From: an uncultured bacterium
Lineage (GTDB): Bacteria > Actinomycetota > Actinomycetes > S36-B12
DNA: 64,000 nt
Reading direction: 5' to 3'
NCBI GenBank assembly: GCA_903896585.1
Contig: CAITYI010000261.1
Location: 400 to 64,399 of the forward strand
The translations under genes were made by a program, and so were the position numbers. The notes under the pieces were generated by a model. The model did not search any database. It had not been told where the DNA came from and saw only the letters and a program-made list of their open reading frames with translations. Position 1 is the stretch's first letter, and each line of letters begins with the position of its first letter. Below, one piece after another: positions 19,580 to 28,793 of this stretch.

Positions 19580-21907
19580 ATGTCCTTTTTCTCGGTAAAG
19601 GAATCTATAGCCAATCAGCCAGGTGTCCACGGTGAAGAGCAGCGCGAATTGTTGACTCAGAGCCTGGACACCTGGCTTGGCCAGTTGTTAGCAGCGTCCA
19701 TTGCGCAAACCACAGCAGATGCCTCCGATTTCGCTCTCATTGCCGTGGGAAGTCTTGGTCGGGGGGAACCCACGTTGCGCAGCGATCTCGATTTGGTGCT
19801 ACTGCACCAACCACGAGCACGGCACGCAGAGAAGGTTGCGGCCGGGATTTGGTATCCGATCTGGGACTCGGGAATGTCTCTTGACCACAGTGTGCGGACA
19901 ATTGCGGAGGCGCGAGCCATGGCAATGCGAGATCCCAAGGTGGTAACGGGTCTGTTAGATGCACGCCTTGTTGCTGGCGATTCGGAATTAGGCAGCCGAC
20001 TACATCAAGATATTCACGCAGACTGGCGTAAATCAAGTGCAAAAATGCTGCCCCAACTTCGTGACCTCGTTGCTGAGCGAAGATCAAGATCCGGCGACCT
20101 CTTTCAGTTACTTGAGCCAGACCTGAAGGAATCCTATGGAGGCTTGAGAGATGTTGGGATACTTCGCGCATTGGGCGCTACCTGGCGTGTTGAGACCGGA
20201 CAGGCTGACTGGCTCGACAGCGCAAAGTTCCTTTTAGACGTGCGAAGCCGAATGCACCTTAAGTCACGCAGTGATCGCCTTCGATTGCAGGATCAACCGG
20301 AAATTGCCCAAGATTTGGGATTCCGCAACGCGGCGGAACTTCTCAGATCCATCTATCTAGCTGGTCGTCAAATTGCGTACGCAAGCGATCGAGCATGGGG
20401 TCAACTGGAACGGACCAAGGGCAAGAGAGATGTTCGACGTCCGATAGCAGATGGCGTGGTTATTCATGGCGGCGAAGTGGTGTTGGCCAAAACCGTTATG
20501 CCAGATCTTGAATCAGGACACAATATTGTGGAAATGACGTTGTCGGTAGCGGCTGCAGCATCTATTGCGGAACTGCCCATTTCGCCATTTTTGCTCGGTT
20601 GGTTGAGTAAATCAGGTCTTGAGATGGCACCGGTCTGGAACTCCGCAATGCGAAATTCGCTATTGCAATTATTAGGCTCTCGTTTCGGGATGCTCTCGAC
20701 ATGGGAATCATTGGACCAATTTGATCTCATTAGTCGTTGGTTACCTGAGTGGGAGCATGTTCGTTCGCTACCGCAATTCAATTCACTACATGAGTTCACC
20801 GTGGACCGGCACCTGGTGGAATGCGTTGTCCAAGGTCAAGAACTCACGCGGACGGTGAAACGTCCAGATTTATTGCTCATGGCGTGCCTTTTGCATGACA
20901 TTGGCAAGGGGCTAGCGGGCGACCATTCGGTAGTTGGAGCACAAATGACTCGAGAAATCATGTCTCGAATGGGCTTCAAGGATCAAGAAGTCCACTCGGT
21001 TGAGTTACTGGTACTTCATCATTTGCTTTTGGCTGATACTGCGACTCGCCGTGATATTGAAGACCCAGCGGTCATAGATTCTTTATGTGCACACCTTGAG
21101 TCACCGGACAATATTGAACTCTTACTCGCACTGACATTGGCCGATTCACGTGCCACGGGTCCTTCGCTCCGCTCTCAATGGCGAGAAAATCTGATCATCA
21201 ATGCAGCTCAGCGCGCAATCCAGAAATTGTCGGGAAAGATTCCTGCGAAAAGCGAACCTGTTTTCGATGGCTCGATGTATTCGCCAGATTCTGATGGCGT
21301 GATTTTTCATTCGGAAAATGAGTCCGATGGTTACCGAGTGGTGATTGGCTTACCAGATCAAATCGGGTTACTCACCGCGGTGGCCGGCGTATTCGCAATG
21401 CACCGCTTACACGTACGCGCAGCAGACCTGTACGAGAGTCCTCTGCGTGCCATTCAAGTGTGGAGTGTTAAACCGCTCTTTGGTGACTTGCCAGATGTGG
21501 ACTTTCTGCTTCGTGATATCAAACGCGTTCTGTCTGGCGAATTAGACCTCGAGAGCAAGCTAGAGGGAAATCCTTCGCCCGATTCAAGCGTGATGGTGAA
21601 TATATCGCGAGTCTCCGATCAACAGACAGTTGTAGAGGTGAGAGCTCGGGACCGCAAAGCGCTCCTTTATGACATTTCACGAGCAATTTCTGCCTGTGCG
21701 CTGACAATCACCGGTGCGCGAATATCGACTCTCGGCTTAGATGCTGTGGATGTCTTTTTCATTAGAAATTCACTGGGTCAGCCACCCACCGAATTTGAAG
21801 GCCAACAGGTTATTTCGGCAATTCGGAGGCATCTGGCGCCCGAGTTTGACTCAACTCTCCAGTCTCAGTCCGATCGAATGGCACTCGAGACTAACCTTGG
21901 GGGGTAA
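19580..21907 (+). CDS. glnD: [protein-PII] uridylyl/adenylyl-transferase
   Basis: 775 aa with the nucleotidyltransferase GSLGRGE, an HD domain (LLHDIGKG) and two C-terminal ACT-like regions. Confidence 0.9.
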   Translation: MSFFSVKESIANQPGVHGEEQRELLTQSLDTWLGQLLAASIAQTTADASDFALIAVGSLGRGEPTLRSDLDLVLLHQPRARHAEKVAAGIWYPIWDSGMSLDHSVRTIAEARAMAMRDPKVVTGLLDARLVAGDSELGSRLHQDIHADWRKSSAKMLPQLRDLVAERRSRSGDLFQLLEPDLKESYGGLRDVGILRALGATWRVETGQADWLDSAKFLLDVRSRMHLKSRSDRLRLQDQPEIAQDLGFRNAAELLRSIYLAGRQIAYASDRAWGQLERTKGKRDVRRPIADGVVIHGGEVVLAKTVMPDLESGHNIVEMTLSVAAAASIAELPISPFLLGWLSKSGLEMAPVWNSAMRNSLLQLLGSRFGMLSTWESLDQFDLISRWLPEWEHVRSLPQFNSLHEFTVDRHLVECVVQGQELTRTVKRPDLLLMACLLHDIGKGLAGDHSVVGAQMTREIMSRMGFKDQEVHSVELLVLHHLLLADTATRRDIEDPAVIDSLCAHLESPDNIELLLALTLADSRATGPSLRSQWRENLIINAAQRAIQKLSGKIPAKSEPVFDGSMYSPDSDGVIFHSENESDGYRVVIGLPDQIGLLTAVAGVFAMHRLHVRAADLYESPLRAIQVWSVKPLFGDLPDVDFLLRDIKRVLSGELDLESKLEGNPSPDSSVMVNISRVSDQQTVVEVRARDRKALLYDISRAISACALTITGARISTLGLDAVDVFFIRNSLGQPPTEFEGQQVISAIRRHLAPEFDSTLQSQSDRMALETNLGG

Positions 21908-21934
21908 TCGGCGTCCACCTTGAGGAGTGTTCAG

Positions 21935-23458
21935 ATGTTCGCGTCACTATCTGATCGGCTGGCCGGAACCTTTAAGAGTCTTCGGGGCAAAGGTCGTCTG
22001 AGCGAATCTGATATTGATGCAACTGTCGCTCAGATTCGTACCGCTTTGCTCGAAGCAGACGTGGCGCTGCCGGTGGTTAAAGCATTTTGCGCAACGGTTA
22101 AGGAACGGTCTCTGTCTGCTGAAGTTTCTGGCGCCCTCAATCCCGCCCAACAAATAATTAAGATCGTTCACGAGGAATTGATCGGGATACTCGGTGGGTC
22201 GACTCGTTCTTTGATATTCGCTAAGACCGGTCCCACTGTCATTCTCTTAACCGGTCTCCAGGGCGCAGGTAAAACTACCCTCGCTGGGAAATTAGCCAAA
22301 ATGTTGGCCCAAGAGGGACATACTCCGCTGTTGGTTGCGGCGGATCTTCAAAGGCCTAATGCTGTGGATCAATTGAAAGTTGTCGGCGAGCGTGCGGGGG
22401 TGCCAACCTTTGCTCCGGAACCCGGGAATGGCATCGGGGACCCGGTGGCCGTCGCCCGGGCTGGCAAGCAATTTGCCATCGAGAAAATGCATGACGTTGT
22501 CATTGTGGACTCTGCCGGTCGATTGGCGATTGACCAAGAACTCATGAACCAACTTGCCCAAGTGCGAGATGCAGTTTCGCCGGAGAATGTGCTTTTCGTG
22601 GTCGACGCCATGATCGGGCAAGATGCAGTTATCACAGCAAAAGAGTTTGTAAATCACATTGGATTTGATGCAGTTGTTCTGACGAAACTTGACGGAGACG
22701 CCCGTGGTGGTGCCGCCCTCTCCATTGTCTCCGTTGTTGAACGACCCATCATGTTCGCATCCACGGGCGAAAAACTAGAAGACTTCGAGGTATTTCATCC
22801 GGATCGAATGGCCTCCCGAATTCTGGACATGGGTGATCTTCTCTCCCTCATTGAACAAGCCGAACGAGCATTTGATGCCGAACAAACCGATCGCTTTACC
22901 GAAAAAATTGCCCAAGGCGAGAGTTTTACGCTAGAAGATTTTCTGGAACAAATGCAGGCAGTGAAGAAAATGGGCTCGCTCGGCAAGATTCTAGGAATGC
23001 TCCCCGGCATGGGAGACATGAAAGCCCAATTGGATCAAGTCGATGACAAAGAGCTTGATCGGGTCGCAGCCATAATTTTGTCAATGACACCTGCTGAACG
23101 ACGCGATCCCAAAATTCTTAACGGATCGCGTCGTGCGCGCATCGCCGCGGGGTCCGGCACCAAGGTCAATGACGTCAATAGTCTGATAGAACGCTTCGCT
23201 CAGGCCCAAAAAATGATGAAGCAGATGGGTAAAGGTGGCATGTCGGGCATGGGAGGCTTGCCGGGCATGGGAGGTCTTCCATCCTCGGGCGGTGGGAAAA
23301 AGTCCAAGGGCAAACAGCAGAAATCAGTTAAGCCGGGCAAAGGAGCCAAAGGACGCAGTGGAAACCCGGCAAAAAGGGCAGTGGGTGTTCAGGACGCACT
23401 GAGTGGGGAACCGGATCTAGGGTCATTGCCACCGGAGCTACGAAAATTGCTGCAGTGA
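21935..23458 (+). CDS. ffh: signal recognition particle protein Ffh
   Basis: MFASLSDRL N-terminus, GLQGAGKTT, DSAGR, TKLDGDARGG and a Met-rich M domain. ATG 21935 follows GAGGAG; the track ORF begins at 21920. Confidence 0.95.
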   Translation: MFASLSDRLAGTFKSLRGKGRLSESDIDATVAQIRTALLEADVALPVVKAFCATVKERSLSAEVSGALNPAQQIIKIVHEELIGILGGSTRSLIFAKTGPTVILLTGLQGAGKTTLAGKLAKMLAQEGHTPLLVAADLQRPNAVDQLKVVGERAGVPTFAPEPGNGIGDPVAVARAGKQFAIEKMHDVVIVDSAGRLAIDQELMNQLAQVRDAVSPENVLFVVDAMIGQDAVITAKEFVNHIGFDAVVLTKLDGDARGGAALSIVSVVERPIMFASTGEKLEDFEVFHPDRMASRILDMGDLLSLIEQAERAFDAEQTDRFTEKIAQGESFTLEDFLEQMQAVKKMGSLGKILGMLPGMGDMKAQLDQVDDKELDRVAAIILSMTPAERRDPKILNGSRRARIAAGSGTKVNDVNSLIERFAQAQKMMKQMGKGGMSGMGGLPGMGGLPSSGGGKKSKGKQQKSVKPGKGAKGRSGNPAKRAVGVQDALSGEPDLGSLPPELRKLLQ

Positions 23459-23632
23459 GTACTTGCTAGACCGGAGGCAGCCGTCCCGAGGGGGGTCGGG
23501 TAGCATGTGGTCGCTCTTGTGAGCGAAAGGTCCCTCTCAACCTTTTGACTCGCAGCCCGCAGGAACTTTGTGTGAACGCGTCCCCACTCGTTTGCTCGGA
23601 TTTCGACCATTTACCGAGGAGAAAAGCCCACC

Positions 23633-24247
23633 GTGGCCGTCAAAATTAAGCTCAAGCGTGTAGGAAAAATCCACGCCCCCCAGTACCGCATTGTCGTTGC
23701 CGATTCGCGTACCGCCCGCAATGGTCGCGCTATCGAAGAAATTGGTATTTATCAGCCGGTTCAGAATCCGAGCCTGATTCAGGTCAAGTCAGAGCGTGCC
23801 CAATATTGGCTAGGAGTGGGTGCCCAACCGACTGAAGCCGTTTTGGCGATCCTGAAAGTGACCGGTGATTGGCAGAAGTTCAAGGGGTTACCCGGTGCAG
23901 AAGGAACACTTCAGGTTGCCGCTCCCAAGCCCAGCAAGGTGCTTGCCTATGAAGCAGCGGTGACTGAGGCTCAAAGCGAACCAAAGAAGCCCAAGCCCAA
24001 GAAGCTTGTGACCGATACCGAAAAAGCCGCAGACGTTGTCGCCCATGACGCCGAAAAGATCGTTGAAAAGGCCGTGGACGTTGTCGAGGATGTCGCAAAG
24101 TCAATTGCCGACGTTGTTGAAGATGTCGCCGAAAAAGTTGCCGACGTTGTTGAAGATGTCGCCGAAAAAATAGAACAAGCCGCGAAGGCCGTTGAGCACA
24201 AGGTGGAAGACGTCCTGCACAAGGATGATTCGGAAAAGACTTCCTAA
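23633..24247 (+). CDS. rpsP: 30S ribosomal protein S16 with a long repetitive acidic C-terminal extension
   Basis: GTG start. [26 protein letters not shown] is canonical S16. Residues from about 105 to 204 are an Ala/Val/Asp/Glu/Lys-rich tail. Confidence 0.9.
   Translation: MAVKIKLKRVGKIHAPQYRIVVADSRTARNGRAIEEIGIYQPVQNPSLIQVKSERAQYWLGVGAQPTEAVLAILKVTGDWQKFKGLPGAEGTLQVAAPKPSKVLAYEAAVTEAQSEPKKPKPKKLVTDTEKAADVVAHDAEKIVEKAVDVVEDVAKSIADVVEDVAEKVADVVEDVAEKIEQAAKAVEHKVEDVLHKDDSEKTS
24071..24172 (+). repeat. in-frame tandem repeat inside the rpsP tail
   Basis: 33-bp units at 24107-24139 and 24140-24172 are identical at 31 of 33 positions and encode [10 protein letters not shown](V/I). A diverged 36-bp copy lies at 24071-24106 ([12 protein letters not shown]). 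Confidence 0.9.
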
Positions 24248-24486
24248 TGCTCGAGGACGCTCTGGCGCACCTTGTTCGAGGCATAGTAGACAGCCCGGAC
24301 GATGTTTCGGTCACCATGCGCTCGGACCGTAGAGGCAAGGCACTTGATGTCCGCGTAAATCCGGAAGACATGGGACGAGTCATTGGTCGATCGGGTCGAA
24401 CTGCAACAGCATTGCGTACGGTAGTCACAGCATTAAATGACGGTCGCGGTGTGCGAATCGATTTTCTCGACGTTACCGAGCGCTAA
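24247..24486 (+). CDS. KH-domain RNA-binding protein (KhpA/YlqC-like)
   Basis: 79 aa with the GRVIGRSGRTATALR GxxG loop, in the conserved position between rpsP and rimM. TAATG overlap with rpsP. Confidence 0.85.
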   Translation: MLEDALAHLVRGIVDSPDDVSVTMRSDRRGKALDVRVNPEDMGRVIGRSGRTATALRTVVTALNDGRGVRIDFLDVTER

Positions 24487-24491
24487 AACTC

Positions 24492-25022
24492 GTGCGGGTC
24501 ACCGTCGGGCGGATTGGAAAACCCCATGGCATTCGTGGTGAAGTTACCGTGGAGTCACGCACGGATGAACCCGAAACGCGTTTTGCGCCAGGAAATACCC
24601 TCATGCGCGAATCTGGTTCAGATCTCGTCATTTCTCACATGCACTGGCATTCAGGTCGCATCCTGATTAAGTTCCTAGGCATTGATGACCGCAATGCCGC
24701 AGAAACCCTGCGAGGTTCTATTCTCCAGGTTGAGCGTGATCATGAACAGGCACCTGAGGACCCATCTGAATTTTATGATTCCAATCTGGTGGGTTGCTCA
24801 GTGCTGACCGTTGACAAAAAACAAATCGGTGTTGTGAAAGACGTACTACACCTGCCTGCCCAAGATCTCCTCGTGGTGTGGACCGGTGACACGGAGGTTT
24901 TGGTTCCCTTTAATGACCATATGGTTCCCGAAGTTGATACCGAAACTCGAATAATTGTGATCGACCCGCCAGAAGGGTTGCTATCCGACCCTGAAGATGC
25001 TGTCACACGAGGTAATGATTAA
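24492..25022 (+). CDS. rimM: 16S rRNA processing protein RimM
   Basis: GRIGKPHGIRGEV N-terminal motif plus a PRC-barrel C-terminus. Confidence 0.9.
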   Translation: MRVTVGRIGKPHGIRGEVTVESRTDEPETRFAPGNTLMRESGSDLVISHMHWHSGRILIKFLGIDDRNAAETLRGSILQVERDHEQAPEDPSEFYDSNLVGCSVLTVDKKQIGVVKDVLHLPAQDLLVVWTGDTEVLVPFNDHMVPEVDTETRIIVIDPPEGLLSDPEDAVTRGND

Positions 25023-25056
25023 TTGCTCGTAGTCAGTTGAAAGGAGGCGCGATCCC

Positions 25057-25776
25057 GTGCGAATTGACATTGTTTCACTATTCCCTGAGTATTTTGAGCC
25101 ACTCCATCTGTCTTTGGTGGGCAAAGCTCGTAGAGATCATATTTTTGATATTCACGTTCATGATTTACGCCAGTGGGGCGTGGGCCCCCATCGGCAAATG
25201 GATGACACTCCATATGGGGGAGGTCCTGGCATGGTCATGTCAGCCGACGTATGGGGAACGGCACTTGATGCGGTGCATCGACTGGGAACTCAGGCCGGAA
25301 ATAAACCGTTACTTGTTATTCCCACTCCTTCAGGTGTGCTGTTCAACCAGTCGTTGGCTACCTCATGGACAACTCAAACTCATCTAGTCTTTGCTTGCGG
25401 CAGATACGAAGGCATTGATTCCCGCGTTGCCATGTATTACTCAAGTCAGCCTGACTGGGCTGGTGTCCACGAGGTGAGTCTTGGGGATTACGTACTTGCC
25501 GGGGGAGAAGTTGCCGTCATGGCCATGACCGAAGCGGTCACCAGACTCATGCCTGGGGTGTTGGGCAATTCCACCAGCGCGGCTGACGATTCTTTTTCGC
25601 TCCCCGGTGGAAGGGTTGAGGGATCGGTATTCACCAAACCTCCCATCTGGCGGGATCTTGAGGTGCCAGCGCCCCTAATCAGCGGAAATCATGCATTGAT
25701 CGCCAAATGGCGAGCAGCGGATTCCATCCGGCGGACACACGTAAATCGGCCCGATCTCATGAGGGATCTTCCCTAA
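25057..25776 (+). CDS. trmD: tRNA (guanine37-N1)-methyltransferase
   Basis: MRIDIVSLFPEYF N-terminus, GRYEGIDSRV and GGEVAVMAM motifs. Confidence 0.93.
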   Translation: MRIDIVSLFPEYFEPLHLSLVGKARRDHIFDIHVHDLRQWGVGPHRQMDDTPYGGGPGMVMSADVWGTALDAVHRLGTQAGNKPLLVIPTPSGVLFNQSLATSWTTQTHLVFACGRYEGIDSRVAMYYSSQPDWAGVHEVSLGDYVLAGGEVAVMAMTEAVTRLMPGVLGNSTSAADDSFSLPGGRVEGSVFTKPPIWRDLEVPAPLISGNHALIAKWRAADSIRRTHVNRPDLMRDLP

Positions 25777-25929
25777 ATCTGAGCCGAGTGTGACCAGTGG
25801 GATGATATGTGGCAGACTTCGGGGGCTCGGTTCACGGAGATCTGCCATAGGGGATCCGGATACGCCGACACACACAGCAGTCTCCCTATAACCGTGGGCG
25901 ACCTATGGCGCGTACAGGAAGAAGTACAC

Positions 25930-26292
25930 ATGAAGACGCTCGACATGGTGGATCAAGGTTCATTCCGCGACGACATTCCGGATTTCCGTGCCGGTGACAA
26001 TCTTAAGGTTTTTGTGAAGGTTGTCGAAGGCAATAAAACTCGCGTGCAGGTATTCCAGGGAGTCGTGATTGGACGTTCCGGCTCAGGAATCGGCGAGACT
26101 TTCACCGTTCGCAAGGTCTCCTACGGCGTGGGTGTCGAGCGCACTTTCCCACTTCATACTCCGATCATAGAGAAAATCGAAGTCGCCAGCCGCGGAGATG
26201 TTCGTCGAGCCAAGTTGTACTACCTTCGTGGACTTCGGGGCAAGAAGGCGAAAATTCGCGAGCTTCGGGATACTCCCAAGAGCGATAGCTAA
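25930..26292 (+). CDS. rplS: 50S ribosomal protein L19
   Basis: [29 protein letters not shown] signature. ATG 25930 follows CAGGAAGAAG; the track ORF begins at 25807. Confidence 0.93.
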   Translation: MKTLDMVDQGSFRDDIPDFRAGDNLKVFVKVVEGNKTRVQVFQGVVIGRSGSGIGETFTVRKVSYGVGVERTFPLHTPIIEKIEVASRGDVRRAKLYYLRGLRGKKAKIRELRDTPKSDS

Positions 26293-26319
26293 TTTCGCAT
26301 CACGGACAAGATTTCATTT

Positions 26320-26856
26320 GTGAAATTCTTGCTGTGGATGGCCGCAATTGTTGCTATGGCGTGGCTCTTCTCCATATTCATTCTCCAGCAGTTCGTTATT
26401 TCCTCAAACTCTATGGAACAAACGCTGCAGGTAGGTGATCGGGTTGTTGTCAATCACACGGCCTACTGGTTCAATCCCATCGTTTCCGGGGATCTCATTG
26501 TGTTCAATGGTCGAGATTCATTATCGCTCGAAGACAAAGATTTCGTGAAGCGCGTCATTGGCGTCGCCGGTGATCGAGTCGAATGCTGCGATCCCAATGG
26601 CTGGATCACCATCAACGATGTGCCATTAGATGAAACCTCCTATCTTTATCCTGGCGACTTGGCCAGCAATTTCGAGTTCGATGTTGAAGTACCAGAGGGA
26701 AAATTGTGGGTACTTGGTGATCATCGGTCCGAATCGGCGGATTCCAGAACTCAATTAGGAGCGCCAGGCGGAGGGTTTGTCTCAACTTCCCAAGTGCGGG
26801 GGCAGGTCGTTGCAATCCTGTGGCCTCCTGGTCGATTACAGTTAATGGCGCAATGA
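26320..26856 (+). CDS. lepB: signal peptidase I
   Basis: TM anchor, catalytic Ser box SNSMEQTL, KRVIGVAGD and GDHRSESADSR. Confidence 0.88.
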   Translation: MKFLLWMAAIVAMAWLFSIFILQQFVISSNSMEQTLQVGDRVVVNHTAYWFNPIVSGDLIVFNGRDSLSLEDKDFVKRVIGVAGDRVECCDPNGWITINDVPLDETSYLYPGDLASNFEFDVEVPEGKLWVLGDHRSESADSRTQLGAPGGGFVSTSQVRGQVVAILWPPGRLQLMAQ

Positions 26857-26879
26857 GAATATGACACAGCCTGTCCAAC

Positions 26880-27722
26880 GTGCGCGACCACATTTCGAGA
26901 GAGGGTGAACTGGTGGCAATCCCTGCACGAGATACACCTTCGGATGCTTGGCAACCCCAAGAGTTGACAAATGACCTGGACCCTTCGACTCGACGGGGGA
27001 AAGATCCAAGGAGGAAAGATCGACGGAGGAAAGATAAAAAAAATAGCTCATTTCTTCGGAGTGTGATCGAGTTTGTGGTCATCATCGCGATCGCTCTGGG
27101 AATCGCGACATTTATGCGGGCGTTTTTAATTCAACCTTTTTATGTTCCCAGCGGTTCCATGGAGCAGACACTTCAGATAAATGATCGAGTGATTGCATCA
27201 AAGATCTCTACTCGAATCTCAGGGGTCGAGCGCGGGGAAATCATGGTGTTTAAGGATCCTAGTGAGTGGCTCCCTCTCTTTGAGACAAGTAATTCCGGAA
27301 TTCGCGGTGCCCTCACGCAAGCATTGACTTTCGTAGGACTGTTACCCAGTGATTCGGGCGACGATCTCGTAAAGCGAGTAATTGGAATTGAAGGAGATCA
27401 AGTTGCTTGTTGTAATGATGCCGGCCAGATTGTTCTCAACGGAATAGGTCTTGATGAAAGCTCCTATATCTCGGGGCCAACGGATCAGGTCTTATTCGAC
27501 GTTACCGTTCCGCCCGGAGGCATGTTCGTCATGGGTGACAATCGCGGGAACTCGGCTGATTCACGCTTTCATCTAGATGAAAACAATGGATCCGTACCCA
27601 TAGAAAATGCTGTGGGGCGTGTCGTACTCGTAGTGTGGCCATTTGATCGATTTTCCACAGAGCCTATTCCTGAAATTTTTGGAAATCCGTCTATTGCAGC
27701 AGGAAATCCATACGCAAAGTGA
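26880..27722 (+). CDS. lepB: signal peptidase I (second paralogue, basic N-terminal tail)
   Basis: SGSMEQTL, KRVIGIEGD and GDNRGNSADSR motifs. There is an approximately 60-aa cytoplasmic Arg/Lys-rich extension before the TM helix. Confidence 0.88.
   Translation: MRDHISREGELVAIPARDTPSDAWQPQELTNDLDPSTRRGKDPRRKDRRRKDKKNSSFLRSVIEFVVIIAIALGIATFMRAFLIQPFYVPSGSMEQTLQINDRVIASKISTRISGVERGEIMVFKDPSEWLPLFETSNSGIRGALTQALTFVGLLPSDSGDDLVKRVIGIEGDQVACCNDAGQIVLNGIGLDESSYISGPTDQVLFDVTVPPGGMFVMGDNRGNSADSRFHLDENNGSVPIENAVGRVVLVVWPFDRFSTEPIPEIFGNPSIAAGNPYAK
26998..27042 (+). repeat. 15-bp in-frame tandem repeat (GGAAAGAT core, 3 copies) ending in an A8 run
   Basis: Units at 26998-27012, 27013-27027 and 27028-27042 encode GKDPR-RKDRR-RKDKK. 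The homopolymer A8 lies at 27036-27043. Confidence 0.85.
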
Positions 27723-27759
27723 TGCCCGGTTCAGACGGTGGTCCACTCTGGTGACGACC

Positions 27760-28380
27760 ATGCCGAATCGTGCGAGAGAGATGGAACTTTTTGCCTCCGG
27801 CTACTCGACCATTGCATGCGTCGATGAAGTGGGGAGAGGAGCACTTGCGGGACCGGTTCTTGTTGGGATAGTTGTTGTCGAAAGTGCCATGACAATGTCA
27901 CCACAGGGAATTCGCGACAGCAAATTACTGAGTTCATCTGCTCGTGAGAGTCTTCTGCCTCAGATATCTTCGTGGGCCATTTGCTCTACAACAGGTGAGG
28001 CATCCGCCCGTGAAATAGATGATCTTGGGATCATGGGTGCGTTAGCGCTCGCAACCCAACGAGGCCTATCAAGTCTGGCAACCTTGCCACAAGCAGTACT
28101 CCTCGATGGGAATACCAACTTTCTGTCTCGGGTCACTGATCTCCCCGTATTCACTGAAATTAAGGGTGATGTTAATTGCCTGGGAGTGGCTGCTGCCAGC
28201 GTCATTGCGAAAGTCACTAGAGATTCACTCATGTGCGAACTAGACCAGATATTCCCGGGGTATTCATGGAGTCGGAATAAGGGCTATGCATCAGCGCAGC
28301 ACGTGCAGGCACTGCGGTCCTTGGGTGTATCTCCAGAGCACCGAACCTCCTGGAAATTGCCAGGGATCGATGGAGAATGA
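27760..28380 (+). CDS. rnhB: ribonuclease HII
   Basis: VDEVGRGALAGPV active-site motif. The start is ATG 27760 or GTG 27751; the track ORF begins at 27643 inside lepB. Confidence 0.88.
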   Translation: MPNRAREMELFASGYSTIACVDEVGRGALAGPVLVGIVVVESAMTMSPQGIRDSKLLSSSARESLLPQISSWAICSTTGEASAREIDDLGIMGALALATQRGLSSLATLPQAVLLDGNTNFLSRVTDLPVFTEIKGDVNCLGVAAASVIAKVTRDSLMCELDQIFPGYSWSRNKGYASAQHVQALRSLGVSPEHRTSWKLPGIDGE

Positions 28381-28439
28381 TTTCCACAAGCTAAAACTCG
28401 TGGGTACCTGATACTCGTTTTCTCAACCACAGTTAGAAC

Positions 28440-28793
28440 ATGAAACCCAAAGATGCCCTCGGAAAATACGGCGAGGAAATCGCTGTCCAACATCTGATAG
28501 TCAAAGGCTTTGTTATTCTCGAGCGAAATTGGCGCTGTGATATCGGCGAGATTGATGTCGTTGCGCGTGATGGAGCCGACCTCGTTGTGTGTGAGGTCAA
28601 GACCCGGAGAAGTGAAGCATTTGGGGCACCTGCGGAGGCGGTGAGTGCCCGGAAAGTACGCCGAATGCGAAGCCTGGCCCTGCGCTGGTTGAAGGACAAG
28701 GGCGTGAATCCGCGTTTGATTCGCTTCGATGTTGTTGGGATCATTCAACCGCTTGTTGGTCCACCGGTAATTACGCACATACGTGACGTCTGA
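28440..28793 (+). CDS. yraN: YraN family (UPF0102) endonuclease-like protein
   Basis: 117 aa with the GEIDVVARDG...LVVCEVKTR motif. Confidence 0.8.
   Translation: MKPKDALGKYGEEIAVQHLIVKGFVILERNWRCDIGEIDVVARDGADLVVCEVKTRRSEAFGAPAEAVSARKVRRMRSLALRWLKDKGVNPRLIRFDVVGIIQPLVGPPVITHIRDV

Noticed and set aside
23880-24428. 182-aa minus-strand ORF overlapping the rpsP tail and the KH-protein gene
   Set aside because: It is the antisense shadow of two well-supported + strand genes. It is Arg/Pro/Gln-rich and low-complexity, its repeats simply mirror the rpsP repeat, and it has no Shine-Dalgarno or recognisable motif.
26612-27085. 157-aa minus-strand ORF across the junction of the two lepB genes
   Set aside because: It is antisense to both signal peptidase genes, which carry clear catalytic motifs. 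It is Arg/Leu-rich shadow-ORF sequence.
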